Origin: Bdellovibrionota bacterium
Lineage (GTDB): Bacteria > Bdellovibrionota_C > UBA2361 > JBIKWN01
Direction: 5' to 3'
DNA length: 56,388 bases
Assembly: GCA_044356295.1 (NCBI GenBank)
Contig: JBIKWN010000122.1
Location: 1-56,388, forward strand
Part shown: piece after piece, positions 22,801-29,475 of the stretch
Numbering within the stretch: position 1 is the stretch's first letter
Layout of the letters: each line of letters opens with the position of its first letter
Made by a program: the position numbers and the translations under genes
Notes under the pieces: generated by a model
Told to the model about the DNA's origin: nothing
The model's database searches: none
Seen by the model: only the letters and a program-made list of their open reading frames with translations

Positions 22801-24535
22801 AAGAAGCTTTATGCCTGGTGCTTTAGGCTTTGGTGCTGGTTATGCTTCTTATCAGATGTTCTTTGCAGATAAGAGCAAGAGTCCAATAGGCGCTGGTGTT
22901 GGTGTTATTGCCAGTATTACGGGTGCAACTATGCTTGCAAAGAATACCAGTAGTAAATGGGGCGCAGGCTTACTGATTATGGGTATAACTATGTTCAGTA
23001 GAGGTTTATTGGATAGCGCACCCAACATGAAGAATCTACTTGGTTCTGACGCGGTTAATAGTATTGTTTTTGGCCTAGAGGCATTTAAGGATAACAGTGT
23101 TAGGGGTATAAGAAATATACAAGACAATGCTGGTCCTATTAATGTTATAGGAGGTCTAACTGTTGCGGGTGTAGGAGCTAGTTATTTAGCAAGTGGGTAC
23201 GCATTTAAACGTACCAGTATAGGTCTTATAGCCATTGGATCAATACTAGCTGCTGCTGGCTTTATGCATTCTCTAGACAAGAGCAATACTAAAGCAGAAG
23301 TTATTAGTAAGTTGGGTCTTATGCACTTAGCTACTATTGCTGCTACTCCTGTTCTTGAAAAGGCACAGATAGCAGTGGGTAACTATGTAGGTAAGACTAT
23401 TCAAGCTACTCTAACTGAGAACATTAAGAAGAACGCAGTGGGTAAAGCGGCTGCCAATTTAACTGCTTCTATAGCTGCTAAAGTACCCTCAGTAGGATTA
23501 GCAGCCGGAGCAGCTAGATTAGCAGGAAGAGCTGCATTAGGTTTAGCTAGATTAGGTAGTGGCTTCTTCTTAGGTCCTTGGGGCTTAGGTATAACGTTAT
23601 TAAGTATTGCCGTAGAGACTGCTTTAATCCTTGCTGCTCCAGAGATGTTAGATGAGGCTACATCTAGACTTACACATCTTCCTACGCAGTTATTAGGTGA
23701 GTATGGAGGCTTTATAGTACAGCCTTCAAACACTATATACAGAGAAAAGCGCTATAAAGACATAGATCCTAAGAATGTTCTTTATTATGGTACTGCAATG
23801 GATGCTATTAAGTTAGACTGGACACAAAAGATACAGGCACTAGAAGATACTACTGGTAGACAGATGTCTGCATATAACACTTCATCTTTTGACGCGCCTC
23901 TTGTAGGCTATAGAAGTACAGGAGAAGGATATGGTCCTGGATTTCCTGATCCTCTTATGGACTTTACATTAGCGCAAAGAGGAAGACAGTACATGTCGCT
24001 AGTATTAGGTAGACAGTTCTGGAATAGTAGACTAGATGGTACCTTTAACTTTGAATTAGCTCAGAAACATATGACGCTAATGGATGATCTAATACTACAA
24101 CATTGGACTAATAGTAGAAAGAATGCAGTAGATGCAGCTACCGCTAACATGACTCAAACAAGTCAGCCTATAGTTGGCGCTAGAATTGATTCTAGTGATG
24201 CTCAGTATAAACAGTTAATAGATGAGTTAGCCTTTGCTAAGAATGCTACTAATATAGCAGCGCAGGCACAAGACATAATTAATAAGCCACATCTATTAAT
24301 TGCAACTCAGGTGCCCGCTCTACGCATTAATCATGATCAAACACTGCTAGTTGGTAAGGTTACACAGGCCGCTCTTAGAAGCTATAGAAGTAAGGATGCT
24401 ACTACAGGAAAGGCATCTGTAGAAGTAGCAGTATCTGTTGCTCCTAGCGCAGAAGTAACTGCCACTGAACACTTTAGAGTAACTCAAGGTAATAATACGG
24501 TTGAATCTTTTATTGTGCAGCCTCTCATTACCTAG
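13868..24535 (+). CDS. Giant (3555 aa) tape-measure-like/ejected virion protein with N-terminal DNA/RNA non-specific endonuclease domain
   Basis: Ala/Gly-rich helical protein with many hydrophobic segments. Around aa 130-350 it carries NucA-family motifs 'YVVSYN...PNWV', 'RENDFRPD', 'GFDMGH', 'TYLMSNM', 'NQGPWASLE', 'VPKILWKV'. Confidence 0.7.
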   Translation: MINLLSVGTTVLTVGVAALGAKHLADDALSWRRKDGWDWQYKGNSIHDRVGNFVLGGDPKSRYNNYLRNYNEVIGYGYKMPSIELVPPPSQSIAPIAGARNYGLDNTGLSPVLTQIGNLTGATREDANNLLLVRKQENVGGYVVSYNSDKGRPNWVAFKIDKNSLGSVRRENDFRPDYEVHKPVSPSTFPSGFDMGHAANSAAFTANKTLNSLTYLMSNMYAEAPALNQGPWASLEIYLNNKVSPSIINGAGPLNNNSMYVITGGSGTGGVGSKGYIESQGGVEVPKILWKVAIFVPNGMDLKEAVNSQQAKALAVAMPNMQNVNPNWQRHVVTDLDQLRRLTGVQRFVPTISEEQERKLLSDAGLLPNPENKAKILNIDINDIGPNFRSDAANKARSRGIHNPLFYPLFDTDKSLKGFVLSNKNSYSESFEMARYNASMRNTGRFNSVVDVEDMNTFELILRADKGDLTEHELRTARMYDRAVNSPSLSTRINEFVFLPINMGRVYKEEKGFIPSLFGAVGGLIDQAYLVNNPALIKSYKKDGENYFATKQTFFQDLLENSAAGLIASVSSVATYLAVGEPIKAMISQSILSAQESVINASKMNVFAKVASGGSIYNTPFLAEVMQFKRDQPATAFYSANNPTLSLYWFENYARIRGATFFEATAREFLLNKISPYKIDSKDGKYKQLLGAINDYTQALASPADIVITKMDGEITVNTHSENIWQREQITVNGETINLETALARLQRNAEVNGTLVTQEVKQAITDQLHNKYQLKIVNVSLERNMDLAQKLQKILNLVPMPWHWGMFTGPKEVFNGPMIGNLVDIEGFTRYINAAVNNQGFWGAANEFMVYHSGDKTKAHAPAYRILNHMATMTRALLAFNDRGGQSQRELAGIKRIAETYVEEEQKILSNKKQPLHTETGYTVIDNSIDPDTGAVRVTDDELAKLLANEAHYQNNWKSQGESLNKIKLGSHYHYVNKTRGTNNLGFILNTIDRNGTYMGMKIASTKISAAKWIIGGIFIPHLLAKEFIEKSGLSLGGTALAHSILNTTSTNTTIQTHSTNLFSYTDVARYMGATGATESAIGVVETLVNAGGLAVWAYNNSAFTPETHARLYTLDRLVNTVSEYAVDVDAAGNKVFQAVPKTEAEFIKALAGKEEIALKLKTGQEVGMVVAREASLLPGTEGKVRGLHTLHTRISKNMTSFGISLALSLAAMQTARYVVSSVIDADRQMFGSSFAGFWLLGVPSILLGAATTIDNAAHLLKVVGGGFSAKPLNVNYWLTSQLTKKVVLPALQGYATLLGRSGTSAAVTLGLTAAALFVGYVNRWTPIQGDVNGPKLDAVNSNAVLKLAAYNQHIQAKVAMYRQIGKDGNESISDSVSPLEVNAALLSIALHKMMAPTGPEVKGSTAYIVAIQSPTPIFQYYSVIKRVVDKTGNSYATVGLGIQGPPILGIAPINFTLPIAYALNSSRNAIQIRTGYMGTGLILNEHNKDGVNIADIFNMYSQVALWSKLGLWVSKPLISNVMYRSQYQMLATPAVGAELPLVQGLRAGRTKFLDVGRVGFEIAAQSARLMTADLRAPGYRLTRSSIGPAAINAVIAGGLTYYLLSVLNAAGAYDKDANKEPDFSFNNAINSMDKTALAGGVAIAWGVKDYVRNTLIEARVLSQLERDILIASTDAKFDKAKVDFISQKLYSNPHSSKWLRTAGRISDTAFERLSVFKGDKLNMRKLGLMRAGGMLAAGALWTHFITDPKSGLVNPELAYGDLRQIKDGTHENLYDGFRRNTHIAINALFLGVGLSTLTRFTAATVFFSPLDPEVIFAEYKYKLEAVAQLRDKVSSQSAKSSKGLNRVVDGAVTAIRKMQLSFATMRLEQVGTEVQILLEEARHADPKISSITKDMHKALGGQDPRDNVKHKVAEGANRVMVDLQQKGDTTLGTDINSIARTTNHQIVKQSLDSLGDPTIVDDARQTANRSALLKSMRYLHGANMRIRTRQYTQMGLLLLTPALFMHTANAISASMGFKDFQDVFIGDKDIRLPSTQILYGFLDFLKVYSKHDRRHHYEIARGLVGPNMTVSNGEFLINPASTTKGAIADSLSKLNKTIIVNSPSTFIGIEVGGITVRPDDHDVRVRDYFQLQSASQDFSSAMYSMSPVFGFKSLAARGFLPNVIIAELKGVNDFESLNSHQLRSFGAAIITAVASQPIRLSKDRIRFTAPDRSTLEAMQTSKALSLSLGTRYKRLQALSYGTDTHIGLYSLMNNMQIADPAMQKTFLKALLEIGNNDTSITLGELNQNAYMGRKFKIDKLIFKGKDNNPFEPLRLSEQDSNNEDAFANQQGIALQLTTNQYINNNPIHRLKTFFEANSQVSAIQGMLNALPFGLGLIITAATSMGLALLGITTIAKMITDFGTKHITKENTALFKQASQYYDGGKWFSNHPVEGVEIPGGINPTTGENVPSHFVLKRSGVVFFTDTVQEAGLRELYGRQANALSAALASTFDMKYMEFYSGTAVDGYGSRGDEYIKAKLSRNNTPLENYKQPLPANDARGVLEQFYTEHVQSMESFDPSTRPDLNKLLDSSEDFNLAKRLQRAHASEFTPVMQYVDTGVTPETVKFSNSGGRRLAEHMLDSFTQKQVLDAYLEGQYLASLKEGAGPDIVSKQNFIEKYYKGATYSELLQAAVEGELRIPKGVELPEGKFISHLNIFGKDRMPNMSYSINLMTEVYAAKFDHIIDTYFDVMQSQADLMYAESPNANLFSEYVDRDLVVDVDGGPLGQDRVKKVIADRRNYYKAHLRSTIHTRLESTVLAKKHGSWFDRLVDKVVGGTVRDNINRISLEATNASIEVIQEVRTGAGNLFSSKGGHQTIEAQLVEAQVAAELELRTKNAMGLSGDLPGGAGMAQINYNSSRLSAIDSIERLGHGIGSLFQMVQFVGINLLALRAGASIASSKTEDREKEMAREELAEMAFNNMFGALFFTALLSSDAVKRSFMPGALGFGAGYASYQMFFADKSKSPIGAGVGVIASITGATMLAKNTSSKWGAGLLIMGITMFSRGLLDSAPNMKNLLGSDAVNSIVFGLEAFKDNSVRGIRNIQDNAGPINVIGGLTVAGVGASYLASGYAFKRTSIGLIAIGSILAAAGFMHSLDKSNTKAEVISKLGLMHLATIAATPVLEKAQIAVGNYVGKTIQATLTENIKKNAVGKAAANLTASIAAKVPSVGLAAGAARLAGRAALGLARLGSGFFLGPWGLGITLLSIAVETALILAAPEMLDEATSRLTHLPTQLLGEYGGFIVQPSNTIYREKRYKDIDPKNVLYYGTAMDAIKLDWTQKIQALEDTTGRQMSAYNTSSFDAPLVGYRSTGEGYGPGFPDPLMDFTLAQRGRQYMSLVLGRQFWNSRLDGTFNFELAQKHMTLMDDLILQHWTNSRKNAVDAATANMTQTSQPIVGARIDSSDAQYKQLIDELAFAKNATNIAAQAQDIINKPHLLIATQVPALRINHDQTLLVGKVTQAALRSYRSKDATTGKASVEVAVSVAPSAEVTATEHFRVTQGNNTVESFIVQPLIT
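14250..14915 (+). other. NucA/Serratia-type (Endonuclease_NS, His-Me finger) domain within the giant protein
   Basis: DMGH at 14447-14458 (canonical DRGH), with the downstream metal-binding Asn and Glu in 'LNQGPWASLE'. Boundaries are approximate. Confidence 0.85.
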
Positions 24536-24570
24536 GGTATAATAATTAAGTAAGCCTCTACTCTAAATAA

Positions 24571-25626
24571 ATGTCTAACAATACCAGACCAGCCACATAC
24601 TCTGTAAGTCGCCTAAAGACCTTTCATATCTGCTCTATGCTCTACAAGTACAAGTATGTGGATAGAATTAAGGTAGACAGTCTAACTAAAGCAACATTAC
24701 TTGGCTCCTGCTTACACCAAATACTAGAAGACACGTATAAGCCTTACATTAATCTAACTAATCCTCCTATTGCTCTCTCTTCTAATCTTATAATACAGGG
24801 CACTATTAATACGCTTACTAATGCCTTTGTACACGATCTAACTGAACAGGTAAATGAGGTACATAAGAACTATCTTCTTCTTGCTCATTTATACAAAAGA
24901 GCAGATGAGCATTATACAGGTAAAGACGCAATAAGAAAGGCAGATGGAACAGTAGCACAAGCACCAGAGATGACTGGCACTTGGAAGAGAGAAGTAGCTA
25001 GTTATAACTTAGAAGATACTAAGGAGCGATTAGATAGCTATATTAAGTCTGTAGATGCAAGATGGGATACTATAAGCTTCTACGAATTAGTAATGGACGT
25101 ATTTAAGATTGCGTATAAGTTTACACTTGATGCAAGAATTAAAAAGATACTAGCTACAGAGTTAGAGTTCTCCCCAGAGACTAACGTACTTATTACTCCA
25201 TTTACAGGTAAGGATGGTCCCGTATTAGAAGCTTATATAGATCTAATAGTAGAACTAGATGATGGTGAGGTAGCTATTATTGACTATAAGAGTAGTTCTC
25301 AGGCATACAAAGAAGTAGATATAGACTTTAACAGTCAACTGCATATGTATAGTTATGCGTATGAGACGTTCTTTAAAACAAAGGCAAAGTATATAGGCAT
25401 ATACAATCTTAGAGACAACTCTCTAGTGGTAAGTAGAATGCAGCCTATTATTAGACAAGAAGTACTTAAGCAGTTAGTGTCTGCTCATACTCGCATAAAG
25501 AATAATAAGTTTGAAAAGAGATTACCTAATAGAGATGTGGCTAATGCATGTCCTTGTCTAGATCAATTTCATAAGCCCTGTGCATACTTAGCTTTATGCT
25601 ATCCCAATCTAGCAAGTAAGCTTTAG
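24571..25626 (+). CDS. PD-(D/E)XK exonuclease, Cas4/AddB-like with probable Fe-S cysteines
   Basis: 'YSVSRLKTFHIC', 'GSCLHQILE', 'ATELEF', 'YIDLI', 'IIDYKS', 'QLHMYSYA', C-terminal 'CPC...CAYLALC'. Confidence 0.85.
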   Translation: MSNNTRPATYSVSRLKTFHICSMLYKYKYVDRIKVDSLTKATLLGSCLHQILEDTYKPYINLTNPPIALSSNLIIQGTINTLTNAFVHDLTEQVNEVHKNYLLLAHLYKRADEHYTGKDAIRKADGTVAQAPEMTGTWKREVASYNLEDTKERLDSYIKSVDARWDTISFYELVMDVFKIAYKFTLDARIKKILATELEFSPETNVLITPFTGKDGPVLEAYIDLIVELDDGEVAIIDYKSSSQAYKEVDIDFNSQLHMYSYAYETFFKTKAKYIGIYNLRDNSLVVSRMQPIIRQEVLKQLVSAHTRIKNNKFEKRLPNRDVANACPCLDQFHKPCAYLALCYPNLASKL

Positions 25627-25654
25627 TATTAGTATTTAAATAGTGCAATTATAA

Positions 25655-26089
25655 ATGTATGTTATAATTGCACTATTCTTTATATATGAGGTCTTTGTTT
25701 TGTCTCCACATCCAGGAAGAATACAGTTAATTAGATACTTAAAGAATGATCATCCGTGGAAATCTTCATTCGTATATAAGTTTCAAGTAGGCGATCAAGT
25801 ATTCTGTTATGAGTTCACAGCTTTGCAGGTTGATGCAGCTAAGCGCTGGGCTTCACGCATTAATCCAGAGTACTACAGAGTGTTAATGTACTTAGTAGCC
25901 ACTAATAGAACTAGAAGAGATATTGCAGACTCTCTGTTTTTAGATACAACTACACTAAGAAGACGTGCGGATAAGTGTCTAAACAATATAATGCAGTATC
26001 TAGTAGGTACGTTTGTTAACTTAGAAGACTTTGATAGTATGCTAAGTCCTATTGATATTGGTATACAGATGGGAGATGAACTATTGTGA
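25655..26089 (+). CDS. Putative HTH (sigma-region-4/RinA-like) DNA-binding protein
   Basis: 'TRRDIADSLFLDTTTLRRR' helix-turn-helix pattern; start uncertain. Confidence 0.5.
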   Translation: MYVIIALFFIYEVFVLSPHPGRIQLIRYLKNDHPWKSSFVYKFQVGDQVFCYEFTALQVDAAKRWASRINPEYYRVLMYLVATNRTRRDIADSLFLDTTTLRRRADKCLNNIMQYLVGTFVNLEDFDSMLSPIDIGIQMGDELL

Positions 26090-26838
26090 TAGATGCTCAT
26101 CTTTACGTAAAGCAGATAATGCAGAACTTAAGAGATCAGTTAATTATGGATGGTCTTATTACTAAGCCTGCATATATAGCATTACTGGAGGAGTTAGATC
26201 ATCTAAGAGAATCACTACAGGAAGACAGTAAATTAACTAATCCTACGCTAGTAACTAATGTAATTGATCGTAATGGTCTTGCTTCTTACTTAATTCAATT
26301 CTATCAGTCAGGGCAGTCAATAGACGCTATAGCTAACGCTCTTACTACTTTAAATGGAGAAATAATTAAGCCGCAGCAAGTAGAGGACTGGTTAAATACA
26401 TACAAGCAGACCAACAGTCTATATGTAAAGCCAGACAATAAACTAGGAAGTGTATTTGATGCCTCTGCTCGTTATCAGGATCTGTATGAGCAGTTAAGTA
26501 CTTTATTAGATGATATAAAGACTACACATGCGGATGCTTATAAGAACAAGAATGTAACTAAGGAACAAATTCTTATTGATCTGTTTAAAGAGATGAGAAT
26601 GTTGACTGCGCAGGCAGATCAGTTTGTAAGTACTCAGACAAGAGCTCAAGCTCTGCGCAGTCTAATAGCTGACATGGTTAATGCAATTGCTAGCTACAAT
26701 CCTATTGTAGGAAGAGACATTATTAACCTTATTAAGGTGAAGAGCAGTCTATGGGACACCTTATTATTAGGCGGCTCTGCTATGAATCCTCCACAGCTTC
26801 CTGCTACTTATACCTATCTAGAAGAGAACGAAGAATAA
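26086..26838 (+). CDS. Hypothetical helical protein with HTH-like segment (terminase small subunit candidate)
   Basis: 'QSGQSIDAIANAL...QQVEDWL' followed by coiled-coil; function is inference only. Confidence 0.4.
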   Translation: MIDAHLYVKQIMQNLRDQLIMDGLITKPAYIALLEELDHLRESLQEDSKLTNPTLVTNVIDRNGLASYLIQFYQSGQSIDAIANALTTLNGEIIKPQQVEDWLNTYKQTNSLYVKPDNKLGSVFDASARYQDLYEQLSTLLDDIKTTHADAYKNKNVTKEQILIDLFKEMRMLTAQADQFVSTQTRAQALRSLIADMVNAIASYNPIVGRDIINLIKVKSSLWDTLLLGGSAMNPPQLPATYTYLEENEE

Positions 26839-26893
26839 ATAATATAAAAGAAGGGTATCTAGTAGTGGACACCCTTCTTTTATATTATTTATT
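26834..26893. terminator. Bidirectional terminator hairpin between convergent gene blocks
   Basis: Perfect 23-bp inverted repeat AATAAATAATATAAAAGAAGGGT (26834-26856) / ACCCTTCTTTTATATTATTTATT (26871-26893), U-rich on both strands. Confidence 0.85.
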
Positions 26894-27683
26894 AATTGCG
26901 AAACTGCTTAGCAAATATTCTCCAGATATTGTAGAAGGACATGTCCTTCTTCTTTATATACTGTTCTATTAAACAGTCTTCTAGTCTCATAGTAATAGCC
27001 ATTACATTCTTTCTCAATTCTGCGTCTTTCTGCAAATCATTTATTGGTAGATTAATATAGTGTAGATCTATAATGCCATATATAATGTGTTTAGCAGGGC
27101 CTTTCATACTTAGTAGCTTATAGTCTTTACCAATAATGCCTATCTTATCTAGATACTTGTTGCACTCAGAATCAATATCATCTCTTCTTACAAAGCGTTC
27201 AAAGTTATTATCACCTCCCAGCATTATCTCTTCCTTTATATAGTTTATTGGTATGTTCTGTATCTCAGTCTTTATAGATTTAGCTCTAACACTTACTACT
27301 TCATACACGGTACTAAACTTCATTTCATGATTACCCGCCGCATCATATGTGCCGTTATGTATCTTAGCAATAATGACTCTATCTGCACCAGTTATAGCAA
27401 GTAGCTGATTCATCAAGTCATCTATTTTATCTATGAGAACTACATCTTGTCTTGTAATGAATTTATAAGTGCTCTTAATACCCTCTTCTAAATTAATTAT
27501 ATTTTTAATAAGCTCAAAAGTATTTCCTAATACATTAATTAGCAGTAAAAAGCCAAGTACTAAGAATAAAGGATTACTCATATCAAGATGAACATCGTCA
27601 TTAATTATCTTAATTGAACTTATATTCTTATTACATTCAACTGTTTCATGTGCCGTATTTTTATTTATGTCGTTAGTTGTCAT
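26892..27683 (-). CDS. Holin, T4 gpT-like (single TM plus GAF-like domain)
   Basis: TM segment 'PLFLVLGFLLLINVLG', then 'GADRVIIAKIHNG...KFSTVYEVV' and 'YGIIDLHY'. ATG at 27683 is preferred over the ORF-track start. Confidence 0.6.
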   Translation of the reverse strand: MTTNDINKNTAHETVECNKNISSIKIINDDVHLDMSNPLFLVLGFLLLINVLGNTFELIKNIINLEEGIKSTYKFITRQDVVLIDKIDDLMNQLLAITGADRVIIAKIHNGTYDAAGNHEMKFSTVYEVVSVRAKSIKTEIQNIPINYIKEEIMLGGDNNFERFVRRDDIDSECNKYLDKIGIIGKDYKLLSMKGPAKHIIYGIIDLHYINLPINDLQKDAELRKNVMAITMRLEDCLIEQYIKKKDMSFYNIWRIFAKQFRN

Positions 27684-27724
27684 ATAGCTTATAAGTATAT
27701 ACAAGTGTTACTTATAAGCTATAT
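27682..27724 (-). promoter_or_regulatory. 16-bp hairpin covering the holin translation-initiation region
   Basis: ATATAGCTTATAAGTA (27682-27697) / TACTTATAAGCTATAT (27709-27724) is a perfect inverted repeat that includes the AT of the ATG at 27683. Confidence 0.65.
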
Positions 27725-27752
27725 CATCTGTAATTATCTTAATTGTAGGTAA

Positions 27753-28388
27753 TTAAATACCTCCACTGCTTCCAAAGCCCTTTTCTCCTCTAGTAGAAGC
27801 AGGCAATGACTCTACAATTTGCACAGTAGTTCTGCCCCCTAATGGATTAACAATCTGTACTAAGCGAGTACCAGCCTTAATAAGAGTACCGCTATCTTCT
27901 TTATCGTCTTCATTACTGTTATATAGATCTAGCATTAACAGTAGCTCTGTTCTAGACGGATATAAGTCATCTGCTTCTTCTAACAAAGATCTTAGTTGTC
28001 TTCTAAACTGTAGCGCTCTAATGCTTGGGCTGTGCATACTATCAAAAGAATCAATAGCGGCGATGTATGGGCCTCTATAAATGTCAATAGTACCTACTCC
28101 ATTAGCCAATCTATATGCCGTCTTTGTAGTGCCTGATCTAAGTCTAAGATCTGGACCAATCTCTACATCATTACACAGGGCAACAAAGGATACATGATGA
28201 TCAATCTTGTTACCTAAAGAATCATAAGGAATAATAGTGTCTCTTGGAACAATTAAGTCAAAGCCTCTATTTTCTGTATTGTGCGCTTTAATCTGATCTT
28301 CATAAGCCTGCCTTAACGTTCTTCTATCTGGTAGCTCTAAGTCTGGCTCTCTAATTAATAGTAAATAGTTTACATCATAAATACTCAT
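27753..28388 (-). CDS. dut: Trimeric dUTPase with internal insertion
   Basis: Motifs I 'GFDL', II 'LRSG', III 'GVGTIDIYRG', IV 'RLVQIV', V 'RGEKGFGSSG'. Confidence 0.88.
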   Translation of the reverse strand: MSIYDVNYLLLIREPDLELPDRRTLRQAYEDQIKAHNTENRGFDLIVPRDTIIPYDSLGNKIDHHVSFVALCNDVEIGPDLRLRSGTTKTAYRLANGVGTIDIYRGPYIAAIDSFDSMHSPSIRALQFRRQLRSLLEEADDLYPSRTELLLMLDLYNSNEDDKEDSGTLIKAGTRLVQIVNPLGGRTTVQIVESLPASTRGEKGFGSSGGI

Positions 28389-28678
28389 CTGCTTGTCTCC
28401 AACTTATAAATGTAATTCATACCATTAAAACTAATAGACTTAATGTCTATAAACTCTATAGTCTTTAGCTGCTCTGCTTTTCCTTTTCCTAATAAACAGA
28501 CCGTATTATCCTTAACAGAAATAACAGAGCAGCTTCTTGCTCTAACTATGCAGTTATTTGCATCTAAATAGTAGATAGTAATTAACTCATTATAATCCAA
28601 CTTATTTAGTATACTTTTTAGTTCTATTAAGTTAACTAAAACTGCTTCTCTATAAGAGTTAATACTATTTTTAGACAT
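28385..28678 (-). CDS. Hypothetical protein
   Basis: 97-aa ORF overlapping both neighbours. Confidence 0.6.
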   Translation of the reverse strand: MSKNSINSYREAVLVNLIELKSILNKLDYNELITIYYLDANNCIVRARSCSVISVKDNTVCLLGKGKAEQLKTIEFIDIKSISFNGMNYIYKLETSR

Positions 28679-29441
28679 AAACTAATTCTCTAGTAATTCT
28701 TTTAAAGCTATTGCTCTTTACTAACTCAAAGACTCCATATTTATCTAGTACTAATCTATCTAATATGTGAACGTCTTCTGCATACTCAAAGTTATACAAG
28801 CACGCCGCAATAATAGGACACTCTTGAATAATAATGTCTCTAATTAGCTGAGCTAGTTCTCTATGCTCTTTTTGCGTTGTTTTGTGTAAGCGCGCATTAA
28901 GCATAGTAATATAGCTTCTAATAGTGCCATTAAGATTAATCTTTGTTGTTGCTGATAAAGGCAGTATTTCTCTAGCGCACTCTTTTGCTACGTTGTTATT
29001 TACTAGCTCTTTATATAGGTCTAATGCTGCGTCTATAAACAGATCAACTCTACTATTTAACTGTTCATCCGTTATAACTTGACTGCTGCTTTGTCTATTA
29101 TTAGTTGCTTGACTTCTAAGTTCAATAGGTTCAATGCTGGGCACTTCTGCGTATCTCTGGGAGAACTCCTGTGGAAAGAAGCTTTTATGTCTAAGTAATT
29201 GAGCACTTACATATCTAGCACAGGTAATCTCTATTCCTAAACTTGCCTGATCAAATACGCTCCAATGCTGATTTAATATGCAATATCTTAGCAGCTTATG
29301 CGGCTCATTAAACAGATCATTTACTTCTCTGCTGCTACTTAGTCTAGCTTGACCAACAATGATCTCATCAATAGTGCGTCCCTCATATTCAGTATTAGAG
29401 GCTCCTACCGTCTTTGTAGTTAATCTAACGTTTAGTGTCAT
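28671..29441 (-). CDS. thyX: Flavin-dependent thymidylate synthase
   Basis: 'ARLSS', 'HWSVFDQ', 'QLLRHKSFFPQEFSQRY', 'VAKECAREILP', 'TQKEHR'. Start ATG at 29441 (MTLNVRL). Confidence 0.92.
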   Translation of the reverse strand: MTLNVRLTTKTVGASNTEYEGRTIDEIIVGQARLSSSREVNDLFNEPHKLLRYCILNQHWSVFDQASLGIEITCARYVSAQLLRHKSFFPQEFSQRYAEVPSIEPIELRSQATNNRQSSSQVITDEQLNSRVDLFIDAALDLYKELVNNNVAKECAREILPLSATTKINLNGTIRSYITMLNARLHKTTQKEHRELAQLIRDIIIQECPIIAACLYNFEYAEDVHILDRLVLDKYGVFELVKSNSFKRITRELVYV

Positions 29442-29475
29442 GTCTATTTTGGATATACAACTACTACATAACACA

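Noticed and set aside
714..23733. Short antisense ORFs inside the + strand structural genes (e.g. 714..905, 10364..10630, 19378..19677, 23401..23733)
   Set aside because: They are fully nested opposite long, motif-bearing genes and have no recognisable motifs; shadow ORFs.
24571..26900. CRISPR array or mini-array near the Cas4-like gene
   Set aside because: No spaced direct repeats were seen here or in any intergenic gap, and there are no other cas genes.
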